From the NCBI RefSeq assembly GCF_009914755.1, contig NC_060944.1: 64,000 nucleotides of DNA. The stretch is one strand, 5' to 3'. This document shows, in pieces, positions 31,796-60,009 of the stretch. Each line of letters starts with the position of its first letter. Positions within the stretch are counted from its first letter, which is position 1. Below the pieces are notes generated by a model. The model searched no databases. It saw nothing but the letters and a program-made list of their open reading frames with translations, and was not told where the DNA came from. Both the position numbers and the translations under genes were made by a program. Source of the DNA: the human T2T-CHM13v2.0 reference genome, Homo sapiens.

Positions 31796-32248
31796 AAAAT
31801 AATTAAAAAATTAAAAATAAAATAAAATAACCCGGGCATGGTGGCTCACGCCTGTAATCCCAGCACTTTGGGAGGCCAAGGCGGGCAGATCACCTGAGGC
31901 CAGGAGTTCAAGACCAGCTTGGCCAATGTGGTGAAACCCCGTCTCTACGAAAAATACAAAAATTAGCTGGGCGTGGTGGCCGGCGCCTGTAATTCCAGCT
32001 ACTCAGGAGGCTGAGGCAGAGGTTGCAATGAGCTGAGATCACACCATCACACTCTAGCCTCGGCGACAACAGTGAAACTCTGTTTCAAAAAATAATAATA
32101 ATAATAAAAATAAAAAATAAAAACTGACTTATATCCCTTCTCTAAATTCTCCTCAGTCTTTCCTATCCTGTAGAGGAAGGCCTAAGGCATGACAAGATTG
32201 CTCCTAGTATTGCCTGATATAACTCATTCTCTCATTCAACAGATATTA

Positions 32249-32634
<386 letters not shown>

Positions 32635-33385
32635 CTAAGAGAAAATTATGATGATAATAATGATGATGCCACTGCCATCTAGGGACCAGGTATTTACTGA
32701 ATTTTTTAGTCACCCAGCATCCATTCACTTGACTTCTGAAACAGCCAGATTTCCTTCTCTCCTTGTTTTCAGTCTATGTGGTTCTCTGAGGTTGTTAACT
32801 CCATTTCCATCTCCAGACATGATATGAACTAGCCTGGCCAGTCAGAATATTATATTCCTTTTGCAACAGTGATTGGTTCAGGGCTGAGCAGACCAGCCAG
32901 AGCCAATGATGCTAAATGTCCAGCTTTCTTTGTGCCTTTGGAGAGGCCAACTTTCTCTTTCATGCTAGACATAAACATGACAGGTTGTGAGGCCACAGCA
33001 ATGGCAACTGTTTTATCAACATGTGGAACCTGAGAATGAAATGAGCATATGAACAGACTGATACAAACAGCAAAGAGAAATTGAGTCCTAATGATATAGT
33101 TTGACTCTTGAATTCACCTAGTCCTAACCTGCCTTTCTTTCCTTCCCCAGTTTTGCATCTGCTGAGGTTTTTACAAGTGTGTTTTTTTAATTTTAATTGA
33201 ATCATAGCACACATACAGAAAAATACACATTGTAACAAAAGTATAGTTTGCTAAATTTTTACAAATGGAATTACCCATTTAACCAACATTCACATCAAGA
33301 AATAAGGACATGATATGATGTATACATGTACATCACATATGTATAGGTATGTATATGTATATGATATGTGTATGTATATGATGTA

Positions 33386-34046
<661 letters not shown>

Positions 34047-34919
34047 TGTATGTTGAGGAGGACCTGTGCTGTTCTGTCTGGCTCCGTTTGCTCACCATGT
34101 TTGTGAGATTCATGCATACCGATGAGTGAGATTGTAAAACCATTCATTTTAATTGCTGAATAGTATCCTGTTGTGTGAATACACCATAGTTTACTTTCCA
34201 GTCAACTGCTGTCATCTGGCATTTGGATCGTTTCTAGTTAGAGGATACTAGGAATAAAGCTGCTATAAGCTCCCTGGGACAGTGGCTCTCAGGCTTGTGA
34301 AATACTCTCTTGATGTAGTGTATTAGTCAGGCATAGCTGGGGGGCTCACATGATATCAGCAGCCTTAGTTTCTCTCAATATCTTAGTTCTGCTTCCCTCT
34401 GAGTTGGTTTCATCAGATTCATGTGTTCCTCCTGACCAGCTTATTCTCAGCTGCTCCAGGCTTCCATTCCCCAGCCCAGTCACTTAGCCAAAAAAAAGAA
34501 ATTTTATAATAAAGTCTCATTGGTCTGGCTTCATTCATATGTTCCTCCCCGAACCGATCCCTGTGATTAAAGGGATGGAGTGTGCTGATTGGACAGAAGT
34601 GGTCACATACCCACTCCCCAACCTGCCCCCACCCTGGAGCCAGGAAGCAAGATCAGCTTCCTGTGAACCACAAGGTTGATGTAGGGAGGGGTGCTCCCCG
34701 AGGGGAAATCAAAGTGCAATTATTCAAGTGGAATTGTTGCTGGGCAGGCAAAAACAACAGATATTTGTGGACCACACCAACTTTTTTTTCAATGCCTTCA
34801 TGCCTTTAGGTGCTCTGTTTCTGCTACCAGGAAATACTGTGTTCTCTTTCTCCTCATCCTCTAAGATCCAGCTTAAATATTTTTCCCATCCTAAAACCTC
34901 CCAGAATTTTTGGACTTGA

Positions 34920-35120
<201 letters not shown>

Positions 35121-36196
35121 TAGATACAGGATTTCGCCATGTTGGCCAGGCTGGTCTCGAACTTCTGACCTCAGGTGATCTGCCCACCTTGGCCTCCCAA
35201 AGTGCTGGGATTAGAAAGGCCTGAGCCACCCCGCCCGGCCTGGATGGATGTTCTTAACCTCCATTTACTCTCCTTCTGTTGAAAGAGGCTCAAAAGCTTA
35301 AAACAGCATTCCACAGGCTCTCTTGCAGCTATGACAGTGGGAAGTTAAATTCTGTCAGTTAGATTCATTTGCATGAGATCTGGAGGATGGGAGAGAGGGA
35401 GAGGTCGTCTTGCTGGAGCTGTGTCAGCTAAGGGAGCGGTTCTGCAGGTGGGAGGAGCATGTACAGTGGAGTCCACTGTGCAGTCCCCACTTAGGAGGGT
35501 GTGAGGTAGTAGGATGGAGGCCATGGTGGTGGCAGGGAAGCAGCAGTTTGGTAACCTTGGGAACAAGGCCTTGCTGGAGGAACCTTGAAATCAAAAGCCT
35601 GAAATGGCCCCTGACTTCTACTCTTCCAGACCTCCTAATGATTTTGTAAGCACCTATATCCCTGTATTAAATCTTTTTTATTTATTATTATTATTATTTA
35701 AATTATAGACACAGAGTCTTATACTGTTGCCCAGGCTGGTCTCAAACTCCGGGCTTCAAGCAATCCTCCCACTTGGGCCTCCCAAAACACTGGGATCACA
35801 GGTGTCCAGCCTCAAAATTCTTTTTTGGGCCAGGTGCGGTTGCTTCCACCTGTAATCCCAGCACTTTGGGAGGCTAAGGTGGGTAGATCACTTGAGGCCA
35901 GGAGTTCGAGACCAGTCTGGCCAATATTGTGAAACCCCATCTCTACTAAAAATACAAAAATTAGCCAGGCATGGTGGCCCATGCCTGTAATCCCAGCTAC
36001 TCGGGAGGCTGAAGAAGGAGAATCGCTTGAAACTGGGAGGCAGAGGTGCAGTGAGTCAAGATCATGCCGCTGCACTCCAGCCTCGGTGACAGAGAGAAAC
36101 TGTGTCTCAAAAAAATACAATAAAATAAAAGATTTTTTAAAAAAGCACTTGAATAGCACTTACTCTGTGTCAGGCACTAGTCTAAGCACTTTATTA

Positions 36197-36506
<310 letters not shown>

Positions 36507-36509
36507 TTA

Positions 36510-36935
<426 letters not shown>

Positions 36936-36964
36936 TCATCTCTACTAAAAAATACAAAAAATTA

Positions 36965-37155
<191 letters not shown>

Positions 37156-37526
37156 TTACAACAACATTTTGAGGTAAGTACTACTGCCACCCTCATTTGC
37201 AGATGAGGAAATAAAAGTCTAGAAGGATTAAGAAATTTGCCCAAGGTCACACAACTGGTTTCTTATAAATTATGTAAGGTTATGGGTAGATTTCATAATG
37301 CCATGGGGAATGCTCTTGATGGGAACGACTGTCCTTGAAGGCAAGCACTGTCTTTTTTTCATATTTGCACCGCAGTGCCTAAATTAGCACCCTAAGCACT
37401 TGATAGGTGTTTGGTAAATATTGGTTGAATGAATTAATGAAACTATTTATGAATTCAGCTGAGTCTGCTGTGAAAAGAAAAAAAAACTAAATATTAAAAG
37501 GAATTCAGAGTATATTTTCCCACTAG

Positions 37527-38338
37527 AGCACAGGTGAGCAAAGTTCTTTTATAAAGAGGCAGAGAGTAATTTTTTTGTTTGTTTTTTTGAGAAAGAGTCT
37601 CACTCTGTCACCCAGGCTGGAGTGCAGTCACATGATCACTGCAGCCTGGACCTCTTGGGCTCAAGTGATCCTCCCACCTTAGCCTCCCAAGTAACTGGGA
37701 CACAGACTTACAACACTATGCCTGGCAAAGATTTTTTATTTTTTTCTATAGAAACAAGGTGTCACTATATTACCCAGGCTGGTCTCAAACTCCTGGCCTC
37801 AAGTGATCCTCCCACCTTAGCCTCCCAAAGGGCTGGGATTAGAGATAGTAAATTTTTTTTTTTTCGAGATGGAGTCTCGCTCTGTTGCCCAGGCTGCAGT
37901 GCAGTGGTTTGATCTCAACTCACTGTAGTCTCCGCCTCCAGGGTTCAAGCAATTCTCCTGCCTCAGCCTCCTGAGTAGCTGGGACCACCATGTGCCATCA
38001 CACCCAGCTAATTTTTGTATTTTTGGTAGAGATAGGGTTTCACCATTTTGGCTAGGGTGGTCTCCAGCTCCTGGCCTCAAATAATCTGCCTGTCTCAGCC
38101 TCCCCAAGTGCTGAGATTATAGGCATGAGCCACTGTGCCCAGCCAAGACAGTAAATATTTTTTATTTTACTGGCTGTACAATCTTTGGCACAGTCAATTA
38201 ATTCTGCTATTCTATCACAAAGGCAGCCATAGCCACTATGTAAACAAAGGAGTGTGTTTCTGTTCCAATAAAACTTTATTTACAAAGACAAGTAGCAGAC
38301 CAGATTTGGCTCATGGATTGTACTTTGCTGACCTTGCC
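37527..38338 (+). mobile_element. MER58A (hAT-Charlie) split by Alus
   Basis: GCAGCCATAG...TGTAAACAAAGGAGTGTG...TGTTCCAATAAAACTTTATTTACAAAGACA...GATTTGGC. Confidence 0.75.
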
Positions 38339-38418
38339 CTATAAGATGAGTTTTAATATATCAAAAGATTTACTGTAGATTACTGTACTTAGTAAAATCT
38401 TTTTTTGCTTTGTTTTGA

Positions 38419-38553
<135 letters not shown>

Positions 38554-38783
38554 TGAGTAGCTGTGATTACAGGTGTGTGCCACCACGCCCGGCTAATTTT
38601 TGTATTTTTAGGAGAGACAAGGTTTCGCCATGTTGGCCAGGCTGATCTCGAACTCCTGACCTCAGGCGATCTGCCTGTCTCAGCTTTCCAAAGTGCTGGA
38701 ATTACAGGTGTGAGCCACCATCCCCTGCCCTCTCCAACATGTAAGTAGGGAATATAGAGCTAACGTTTCAATATTGTATTTCA

Positions 38784-39505
<722 letters not shown>

Positions 39506-39510
39506 AAAAC

Positions 39511-41145
<1,635 letters not shown>

Positions 41146-41486
41146 TCAGTCTCAAAAATAAATAAATAAATAAAAATACAAAAATTAGCTGGGCAGGATG
41201 GCACACACCTGTAATCCCAGCTTCAAAGGAGTCTGAGGCAAGAGAATTGCTGGAACCCAAGAGGAAGAGATTGCAGTGAGCTAAGATTGAGCCACTGCAC
41301 TCCAGCCTGGTCGACAGAGTGAGACTGTCTCAAAAAAAAAAAAAAAAAAGGATGATGAAGCTGTCTACATAAGGATGTAGAAAAGTCTCTAAGATACAGT
41401 GTTAGGTTAAAAAGTAATTGTGGGGCCGGTCGCGGTGGCTCACACCTGTAATCCCAGCACTTTGGGAGGCCAAGGCAGGTGGATCA

Positions 41487-42031
<545 letters not shown>

Positions 42032-42075
42032 TTAATTTATTAAATTAAATAAATGCAGTGTCAGGGTCTATATAA

Positions 42076-42396
<321 letters not shown>

Positions 42397-42489
42397 TAAA
42401 AGCCCGCCAGGCTTTTTTTTTTTTTTTTGGCTTTTAAATAAAAAGAGACAGGATCCCAATATGTCGCCCAGGCTGGAGTGCAGTGGAGA

Positions 42490-43550
<1,061 letters not shown>

Positions 43551-43594
43551 CTTCCCTGCTTAAAAGTTTCTCAAGGACCACTGCGCCTGGCCCA

Positions 43595-43782
43595 GATGGT
43601 TGTATTCTTTTGAGTTTCTGATTGGCCTCTCCAAAGGAGCCAAAGAGATATGCATTTATCTCAGTGAGCAGAGGGGTGACTTTGAATAGAATGGGAGGCA
43701 GGTTGGCCCTAAGCAGTTCCCAGCTTGACTTTTCCCTTTAGCTTAGGGATCTGGGGGCCCTAAGATTTATTTTCCTTTCACA
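43595..43782 (-). mobile_element. MER4A-type LTR 5' fragment
   Basis: Minus strand TGTGAAAGGAAAATAAATCTTAGGGCCCCC...GGGAAAAGTCAAGCTGGGAACTGCTTAGGG...CACTGAGATAAATGCATATCT. Confidence 0.85.
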
Positions 43783-45650
<1,868 letters not shown>

Positions 45651-45687
45651 ACATATACGTATATTTTTTAATCCAATAAAAAGTCTT

Positions 45688-46118
<431 letters not shown>

Positions 46119-46259
46119 TTATGTGCATAAAATATAAACATAGATTCTTTTCCCCCATGCTCTTACACAAGAATAGCATAATACTGTTCTGCCCTTTCTT
46201 TTTTCATTTAATATTTCAGTGCGTTACACTTGCCTTATTCTTTTTATTTAATTAATTAA

Positions 46260-46720
<461 letters not shown>

Positions 46721-47564
46721 TGATTCTTTTTAATAGCCACATAATATTCAGTTTTATGAATAAACTATAATTAGTTTATTCTTCTAACAGAAATTTGGTT
46801 GTTTCTAATCTTTCTACCTTAACACAGTGTTGCAATATATATACATTATTTTGCACATGGGCAGGTGTGTCTGTAGGATTAATGACTAGAAATGGACTTT
46901 CTGGGTCAAAAGGTATGTCTTTGTAATGATGATAGAGACCTTGCTCCCAAGGGTGCTGTACCAGTTTACATGCTCACCAGCAACATGGGAGGGTGCTTGA
47001 TCTTTGCCAGCACAACAGAGTGAGCGTCACATAGTTTCACTTGCATTTCTTCTTCTGTGATAATTCAAGCATCTTTTAATATATGTAAGAGCCGTTTGTA
47101 TTTTTCTGGTCATTTCCTTTGCCATTTTCCACTGGGTGTGTACTTTTCTATTTCTAGAAAGAATATGCTTTATGTATTAGGAAGATACAGCCCTTTCTAT
47201 ATGAGTTGACATTTTTCCTGGCTTGTCATTTGTGTTTTGACTTTGTTTGTGGTACTTTTTGTCCCTGGACTTTAATCATTTAAAAATTTTTTCTTATTTA
47301 TGTATTTATTTGAAACAGGATCTCATTCTGTCATCCAGGCTGGAGTAGAGTGGTGCCATCATAGCTTGCTGCTGCCTCAAACTTCTGGGCTCAAGTGATC
47401 CTCCTGTCTCAGCCTCTGGAGTAGCTGGGACCACAGGTGCATCCCACCATACCCGGCTATGTCCCTGGACTTTAAGCTTCTTGGCTATCTACGCTCCGTC
47501 TTATCTATTCCCTTGAACTCCCCCTATCTCCATTTCATCTGCTCACTCATTGTCTTCATCTTTT

Positions 47565-50860
<3,296 letters not shown>

Positions 50861-51082
50861 CTACAGCTCTTTTCTCCCTCCCTCCCTCCCATCCTCCTTT
50901 CCTTCCTTCCTTCCCTCCCTCCCTCTCTCCCTCTCTCCCTGTCTCTCTCTCTGTCTCTCTTTCTCTCTTTCTTTCTTCAGAGTTTCACTCTATCGCCCAG
51001 GCTGGAGTGCAGTGGCATGATCTTAGCTCACTGCAAACTCTGCCTCCCACACTCAAACTATCCTCTCGCCTCAGCCTCCTGA

Positions 51083-51328
<246 letters not shown>

Positions 51329-51429
51329 TGAGAGGCCGAGGCCAGAGGATCACTTGAGGCTAGGAGTTCGAGACCAGTGTGGGTAATGTAGCAAGACCCT
51401 GTCTCTACAAAAAATTAAAAAAATTAAAA

Positions 51430-52000
51430 TTAAAAAACATAAGAAGCAAATAAACTCTTCCATAGCTCCCCATTGCCCTCAGGAAAAAATCCAAACCGCC
51501 TGACACGCCTCCCAGCCCCTGCATAAAGCAGGTCTGCCCACCTCTCCCACTCTTCCTCTGCCATTTTCCGCTCAGTTTCTTTCTTACGAACACCACCACA
51601 CTGGTTTCCTTTGAGTCCCTGAATGAGGCACGCTTGCTCACGCTGTGTGTTACATCTTTCCCTCCCCTCACCTTCCCACTCTCTTAGACTAACTATACCT
51701 ACACACACTCCTGGGATCAGCTCAGACCTCACCTCCAGGGAGCTTCCCTGGAGGAGGCCGCAGCTCCAGCAAGGGAGCAAAGGAGCAGGGAGGGGGCCAG
51801 CTTGGCAGGAGTGGGATGAGACAGTGGAAGGATGAGATCGGAGGGCACGGCAGAGCAAGTGATCATGGAAGGCCTTGTCAATGGATCACAGTGAGACTTC
51901 GGCTTTTCATGCTGAGTGAGGTGGAAGCCACAGGAAGATTTTCAGCAGAGAAACAGGGTCTGATTCAGGATTCTTCTGGCATCTGAGAAGCGGCTGGGAA
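51430..52000. mobile_element. L2 fragments
   Basis: CTTCCATAGCTCCCCATTGCCCTCAGG...CTCACCTCCAGGGAGCTTCCCTG and GGAAGCCACAGGAAGATTTTCAGCAGAG. Confidence 0.6.
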
Positions 52001-52315
52001 GAAGCAGGAAGACCCCAACACTCTCAATCAGAATTAATCTCCACTTAGTCTGTGTACCCAGGGCACATGAATATACTGCTTTAAACAAGCAAACGCCTTG
52101 GTTTCTTCTGTCTAATGTTTTAGTTTCCTGTACGCAGCAGGTGCTGAAGCATAGTGATTAAGACTGAGGGCTATGCAGCCCAGCCTTTCTGAACTCCTTC
52201 CACAGGTCTGTCGCAAGGATTAAATGAATTAATCTGCATAAAGGGTGCCCAGAGCACTGTCAGTGCTCAAGGAATATTAGCCATTATTAGGAAGTGTCTG
52301 TCTGCACTGCTATAA

Positions 52316-52533
<218 letters not shown>

Positions 52534-54217
52534 TAGGCTGGTCTCGAACTCCTGACCTCAGGTGATCCACCCTCCTCGGCCTCCCAAAGTGCTGGGATTA
52601 CAGTTGTGAGCCACCACGCCCCATGACTTTCTAAGGAATGCTGTATTGCTTTAAGCCAGGTTCACGGAAGCAGCCCTCAGGCAGTTTGCTGGAGATCGAA
52701 GCCTCTGCTGGCTGCCTAGGTCTCTTCCTCCTGCTCCTTCTTCTCCTCTTTCCCTCTGGATTGTTGGATTCTTGCAACAGGTTCCTGCAGAATCTTGCCA
52801 TTTTAACACTTCCAAAGAATGCCAATGATCCGTGGGTTTCCTGGACAGGTAGAGAAACTCACAGAAGCATCCAGCCGCAGGACGACAGGGCTGATGGCCT
52901 TGGAGCCTTTGTCTAATGCATATTGCAGATAAAGAAACGGGGGCCCAGAAAGGTTAAGCCACTTGGCATCAGGCACACAAGGCAAGAGCAGAACTGGGTA
53001 GGAATTCAGGTTTCCTCTCTCCAGTCCTGGGGTATGTTTTTTTCCTTTTATGTACTTTTTTTTCTCTTTTTTCTTTTTCTAAAGACAGTCTTACTCTGTT
53101 GCCCAGGCTGGAGTGAGGTGGCTCCATCTCAGCTCACTGCAACCTTCGCCTCCCAGGTTCAAATAAGTCTCCTGCCTCAGCCTCCTGAGTAGCTGGGAAT
53201 ACAGGCATGTGCCACCACAACTGGCTAATTTTTATATTTTTAGTAGAGACAGAGTTTTGCCATGTTGGCCAGGCTGGTCTCAAACTCCTGACCTCAAGTG
53301 ATCCCTCTGCCTCAGCCTCCCAAAGTGCTGGGATTATAGGCATGAGCCACCGCAGCTGGCACTCCTTTTATATAGTTTTAAAAGTACATAAGGAGTAAAA
53401 GTATGCAAGGTAAGGAGGGCCAGGCGCAGTGGCTCATGCCTGTAATCCCAGTACTTTGGGAGGCCAAGGTGGGTAGATCACGAGATCAGGAGTTCGAGAC
53501 CATCCTGGCCAATATGGTGAAACCTCATCTCTACCAAAAATAAAAAACAAAATTAGCCGGGTGTGGTGGCACACGCCTGTATTCCCAGCTATTCAGGCAG
53601 CTGAGGCAGAAGAATCACTTGAACCTGGGATCACACCCTGGGATCGGCAGTGAGCCGAGATCGCACCACTGCATTCCAGCCTGGGTAACAGAGCAAGACT
53701 CCGTCTCAAAAAAAGAAAAAAAAAAAAAGTAAGGAGGTCTCATCTTTAAAAAAAATGCACGTAAGTGAAAAAAATTGTCTTTAATGATCACCCTGTGCCA
53801 TCTGCCAACATTCTCTATCCATATCCGCTGCTCTGTTTTTTTTTTTTTTTTTGCCAAAGCACTTATTTCCACTTGATATATCAGCCACTGGAATGGGAAC
53901 ACCCAGAAGGCATGGATATATGCAGAGTGTGGTCTCAGTGCTAAGGACAGTGCCTGGCACAGAGTAAATGTTCAATAAATATGTGTTTAAAAGAATAAAT
54001 AATACAGCCAGTCATGGTGGCTCATGCCTGTAATCCCAGCACTTTGGGAGGCTGAGGTGGGAGGATTGCTTGAGCTGAAGAGTTTGAGAACAGCCTGGGT
54101 AACATAGCAAGACCCTGTCTCTATCTCAAAAATAAATAAATAAATAAAGCCCTGCAATCCTTGTTCCTCCCCTATGCCAACATAATTGCTGTTATCAATT
54201 TGGCTTTGCTATTCTTC

Positions 54218-54422
54218 TAGACCAGTACCATCCAATAGAAGGCTCTGCAGCGATGCATAGATCCTATATCTGCACTGTTTAATCCACCCACCACTAGCTG
54301 CGCTGGAAATGGGCCTGATGCCATTGAGGAACTAAACTTTACATTTTATTTAGTTGTAATTCATTTGCATTTAAATGTAAACAGCCACACGTGGCTGGTG
54401 ACAAGCATATCAACTGTTCTAG
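54218..54422. mobile_element. MER3 (hAT-Charlie)
   Basis: TCCAATAGAAGGCTCTGCAGCGATG...ACTAGC...GAGGAACTAAACTTT...AGCCACACGTGGCTGGTG. Confidence 0.7.
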
Positions 54423-55032
54423 ACATTTTTTTTCTGGGCATTTGCATATGTATATGTCATCAGGGGCTATTTTGCGTTTTTGTTTTACGTACATTTTCAT
54501 GCTCCATGTAGCCTTCTGCTACTTACTTTTTTGCATTGAGCAACACTACATTTTGGAAGGCTTTTCATATCAGGCCATATAGATCTGCCTCATTCTTTTT
54601 ACTTGCTGCACAGAAGTGCATAGTATAGATGTGCCATAATTTGTTTAGCCATTCTCTATCGGGAGACATTTACTTATTTACTTACTTACTTTTCTCTTTT
54701 TTCGAAAAATAGAGATTTGTTGTGGGGGAGGGCGGGGTTTTGCTATTTTTGCCCAGGCTGGTCTCGAACTCTTGGCCTCAAGTAATTCTCTTGCCTTGGC
54801 CTCCCAAAGCGGTGGGATTACAGATGTGAGCCACCACAACTGGCCAATATTATTATTATTATTGATTTTTTTTTTTTTTTAGAGATAGAGTCTCGTGGCC
54901 GGGCATGGTAGCTCGCGCCTGTAATCCCAGCACTTTGGGAGGCCAAGGTGGGCAGATCACTTGAGGTCAGGAGTTTGAGACCAGCCTGGCCAACATGGCA
55001 AAACTCCGTCTCTACTAAAAATACAAAAATTA

Positions 55033-55473
<441 letters not shown>

Positions 55474-55835
55474 TCAAAAACAAAAAACAAAAACAAGAGA
55501 CATAGGGTCTCACTCTGTCACAGACTGGAGTACAGTGGCTTGAAAATAGCTCACTGTAATCTTGAATTCCTGGACTCAAGGGATCCTCCCACCTCAGCCT
55601 CCTGAGTAACTAGGACTACAGGTACACAGCACTGTGCTGGTTGATTTTTAAATTTTTTGTAGAGATGGAGTCTCACTATGTTGCCCAAGCTCGTCCTGAA
55701 CACCTGGCCTCAAGGGTCATTTAGATGGTTTTCAATTTGTCTCTATTAAAAATAGACCTGCAACAAATGTTACTGTTCATACCTTCTTGGGCACGTGCAT
55801 GACCTTTTCTCTCTGATGAGTACGAATAACAATAG

Positions 55836-56297
<462 letters not shown>

Positions 56298-56692
56298 TGA
56301 GATTACGAGCATACACCACCATACTCAGCTAATATTTGTATTTTTATTAGTGACGGGGTTTCACCATGTTTGTGAACAGGCTGGTCTCGAATTCCTGACC
56401 TCAAGTGATCTGCTTGCCTTGGCCTCCCAAAGTGCTGGGATTACAGGTGTGAGCCACCACTCCTGGCCCAATAACAATAGTTCTTATTTTAGTAATAATA
56501 ATAATTGCTTCTACTTACTGAGCCCTTATTGCCTGAGCCGAAGCATTGCTCTAAGCCCTTTACTTGTATTAAATGATGTAATTATTTTTACGAGCTGGGC
56601 ACAATGGCTCATGCCTGTAGTCCCAGCTACTAGGGAGGCTGAGGTGGGAAGATTTCTTGAGCCCAGAACTTGGAGGCTGCAGTGAGCTATAA

Positions 56693-56987
<295 letters not shown>

Positions 56988-57429
56988 TAAGAGAGGTTTT
57001 ATTATTATTTCCATAGTACAGATGCAGAATCTGAGCCTCAGTTTTAGAAATTTGCCCAAAATTACATAACCAGTAAATGACAGAGCTGAGATGTGAACTC
57101 AAACATCCACTTCTTGAGTCTGAATATCCATTTTCTGTTTTCCTAGCTCTTACCAAGCTAGCCTGCTGAGGGACTATGCTAGTGTCCACACAGGCATGGG
57201 TCCTTCACCCACAGAGCCGCACTGCCACCCCAGGGATCACTTTCCAGGTTTGAGGCCCTGGGCCCCTGGATCTAGGGTAAGACATGCATCCCTGGAGCCT
57301 TGGAACTGGGCAGAGCTGAAGTTTCGGTCCATCTTGGAAGCACTAAACTACAGACATGCCCTGTGTCTTGTCCCATCCCCCTATTATTAAGTCCTGAGTC
57401 TTCCTCCCTGGCTGGTGATGTGCTGAGAG

Positions 57430-57820
57430 TGATAAGAAGATAACAGCAAGACAGACAGAGTGAGAGCGACAGGCTGACTTACGTAACCTGGTGGAAAGTG
57501 ATACAGGCAGATTCGCTGATGGGAAACAAACAGAAAGGGAGTCAGGCAGAGCTTCCTGGAATCCAGGTCTAGGAGCTGCCAAAAACAGGCCTCCTCTCTT
57601 AGGAACAATTGAATGTCACTGCAGTAACCGAACACTGCTGGCCAGAGAGGCCTCCTGCCCACAGCCTCACAGAGCGGCCTGTGTGAGCCAGGACAGGCTC
57701 CAGAGGAAAAAAGGGCCTGGCAAGGTGCCCTGTGAGGCTATCTGAGGAGACATTGCAGTTCCTCACCCTGGATGGGCCTCCACCAGCACAGGGCTGCGAG
57801 TTGAAGGCCAGGGAATTCCC
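57430..57820. promoter_or_regulatory. Candidate distal enhancer (motif cluster)
   Basis: Stretch with no recognisable repeat carrying GATA x2, TTACGTAA, TTCCTGGAA and GGGAATTCCC; motif evidence only. Confidence 0.35.
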
Positions 57821-58071
57821 AGGGCGAGTCCCAGGCACAGAGGCTGTGAGCTAGGAGGGCTCTAACCTGGGGTTAAGCCCTGAACTCAGAAGCCGGGCTC
57901 CTAGGCTCTTATCCTAGCTTTTTTCTGCTGTGTGACCCTGGGCATGGCATAACCTCTCTGAGACCTCTCTCTCTCAGTCTTCTCATTGGTAGAAAGGGAA
58001 TAAATATGTGATAGTAGATAAAAATAGGACTCGTAGAAAGGGGATAAAAATGTTATAAGAATCAAATAAGC

Positions 58072-58295
58072 CAGGGGCTTGACAAACCTTTTAGGTAAAT
58101 AGCCATATAATATAGATTTTAGGCTTTGTCGGCAGTACAGTCTCTGCCACAACTATTCAACTCTGCTGTTGTACAGCACACAAAAACAACAACAACAAAA
58201 AACCAAATGACTATGCCCACGTGCCAATAAAACTTTATTTCTGGGTACTGAAACTTGAATTTTACATAATTTTCATGTGTCACAAAATATTCTTT
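58072..58295 (+). mobile_element. MER58B-like fragment
   Basis: TTTTAGGCTTTG...ACAACTATTCAACTCTGCTGTTGTA...GTGCCAATAAAACTTTATTT...TTTCATGTGTCACAAAATATT. Confidence 0.7.
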
Positions 58296-58352
58296 TTTTT
58301 TTTAAATTTGTATTTATTTACTTGTTTTTATTTATTTGTTTATTTGAGATAG

Positions 58353-59020
<668 letters not shown>

Positions 59021-59941
59021 CCTAGTTTTGCATGCTCAGGGCTGTGAAACACATCCTCAGCTATTCTTGTCTGCTTGTTTCTTAAACACCTAGACCTGGA
59101 ATTTGCAGGGGGAAAAGCATAAACCTGGGGCCTCCAATGCATGTTACTTAGGCAGGTGGTTGTGCATTGGATTGCTCTTGTTCCTGGGCAGGACAGATAG
59201 TGGCTAAAAGCCAGGCTTTGAAGTCCTGTAGAGCAGAGTTCAAATCCCAGCTCAGTATTTACTGGCTGGGTAATCTTTGGCAGGTCACTTCACCAGTTTG
59301 AGCCTCCATTTCCTCATTTGTAAAATCCTGCCTTCATTGGTCCTCATCTCACTTCTGACTCTAAACCACCATATCCCAAGATGGGGCTGATTAGAATGAC
59401 TTCCTCATGGAAGTTACAATTATTGAAATTGTAATCGCTTGATGAATGGAAGTTCCCACTTCTTTTATCCCAGGCAGTTTCTCAAAAGCAAAAGGAAAAG
59501 GAACTAAGGCCAAAATCTGGGAACCTACAAAATCACTGGGAATGAAACAGAAGTGTGGGCATTAGAATGGAGGCTCAATATCCCAGTCCAAGATCTATGG
59601 ATCTGGTGGAAAATAACCCACTAAAACTGGCTCCAACTATAATAAAAGGGGGAGGCTGGGCTCGGTGGTTCAGCCTGTGATCCTAGCACTTTGGGAGGCC
59701 AAGGCGTGCAGGTTGCTTGAGCCCAGGAGTTTGAGACCAGTCTGGGCAACATGGCGAAACCCTGTCTCTACAAAAATACAAAAAATTAGCTGGGTGTGGT
59801 GGTGAGTGCCTGTAGTCCTAGCTACTGGGAGGCTGAGGTGGGAGGATCACCTGAGCCCAGGGAGTTTGAGGCTTCAGTGAGCCATGATTGTGCCACTGTT
59901 CTCTGTTCTCCAGCCTGGGTAACAGAATGAGACCCTGTCTC

Positions 59942-59973
<32 letters not shown>

Positions 59974-60009
59974 AAAAAGAAAGAAAAAAAAGGGGAAATT
60001 CACCATAAG

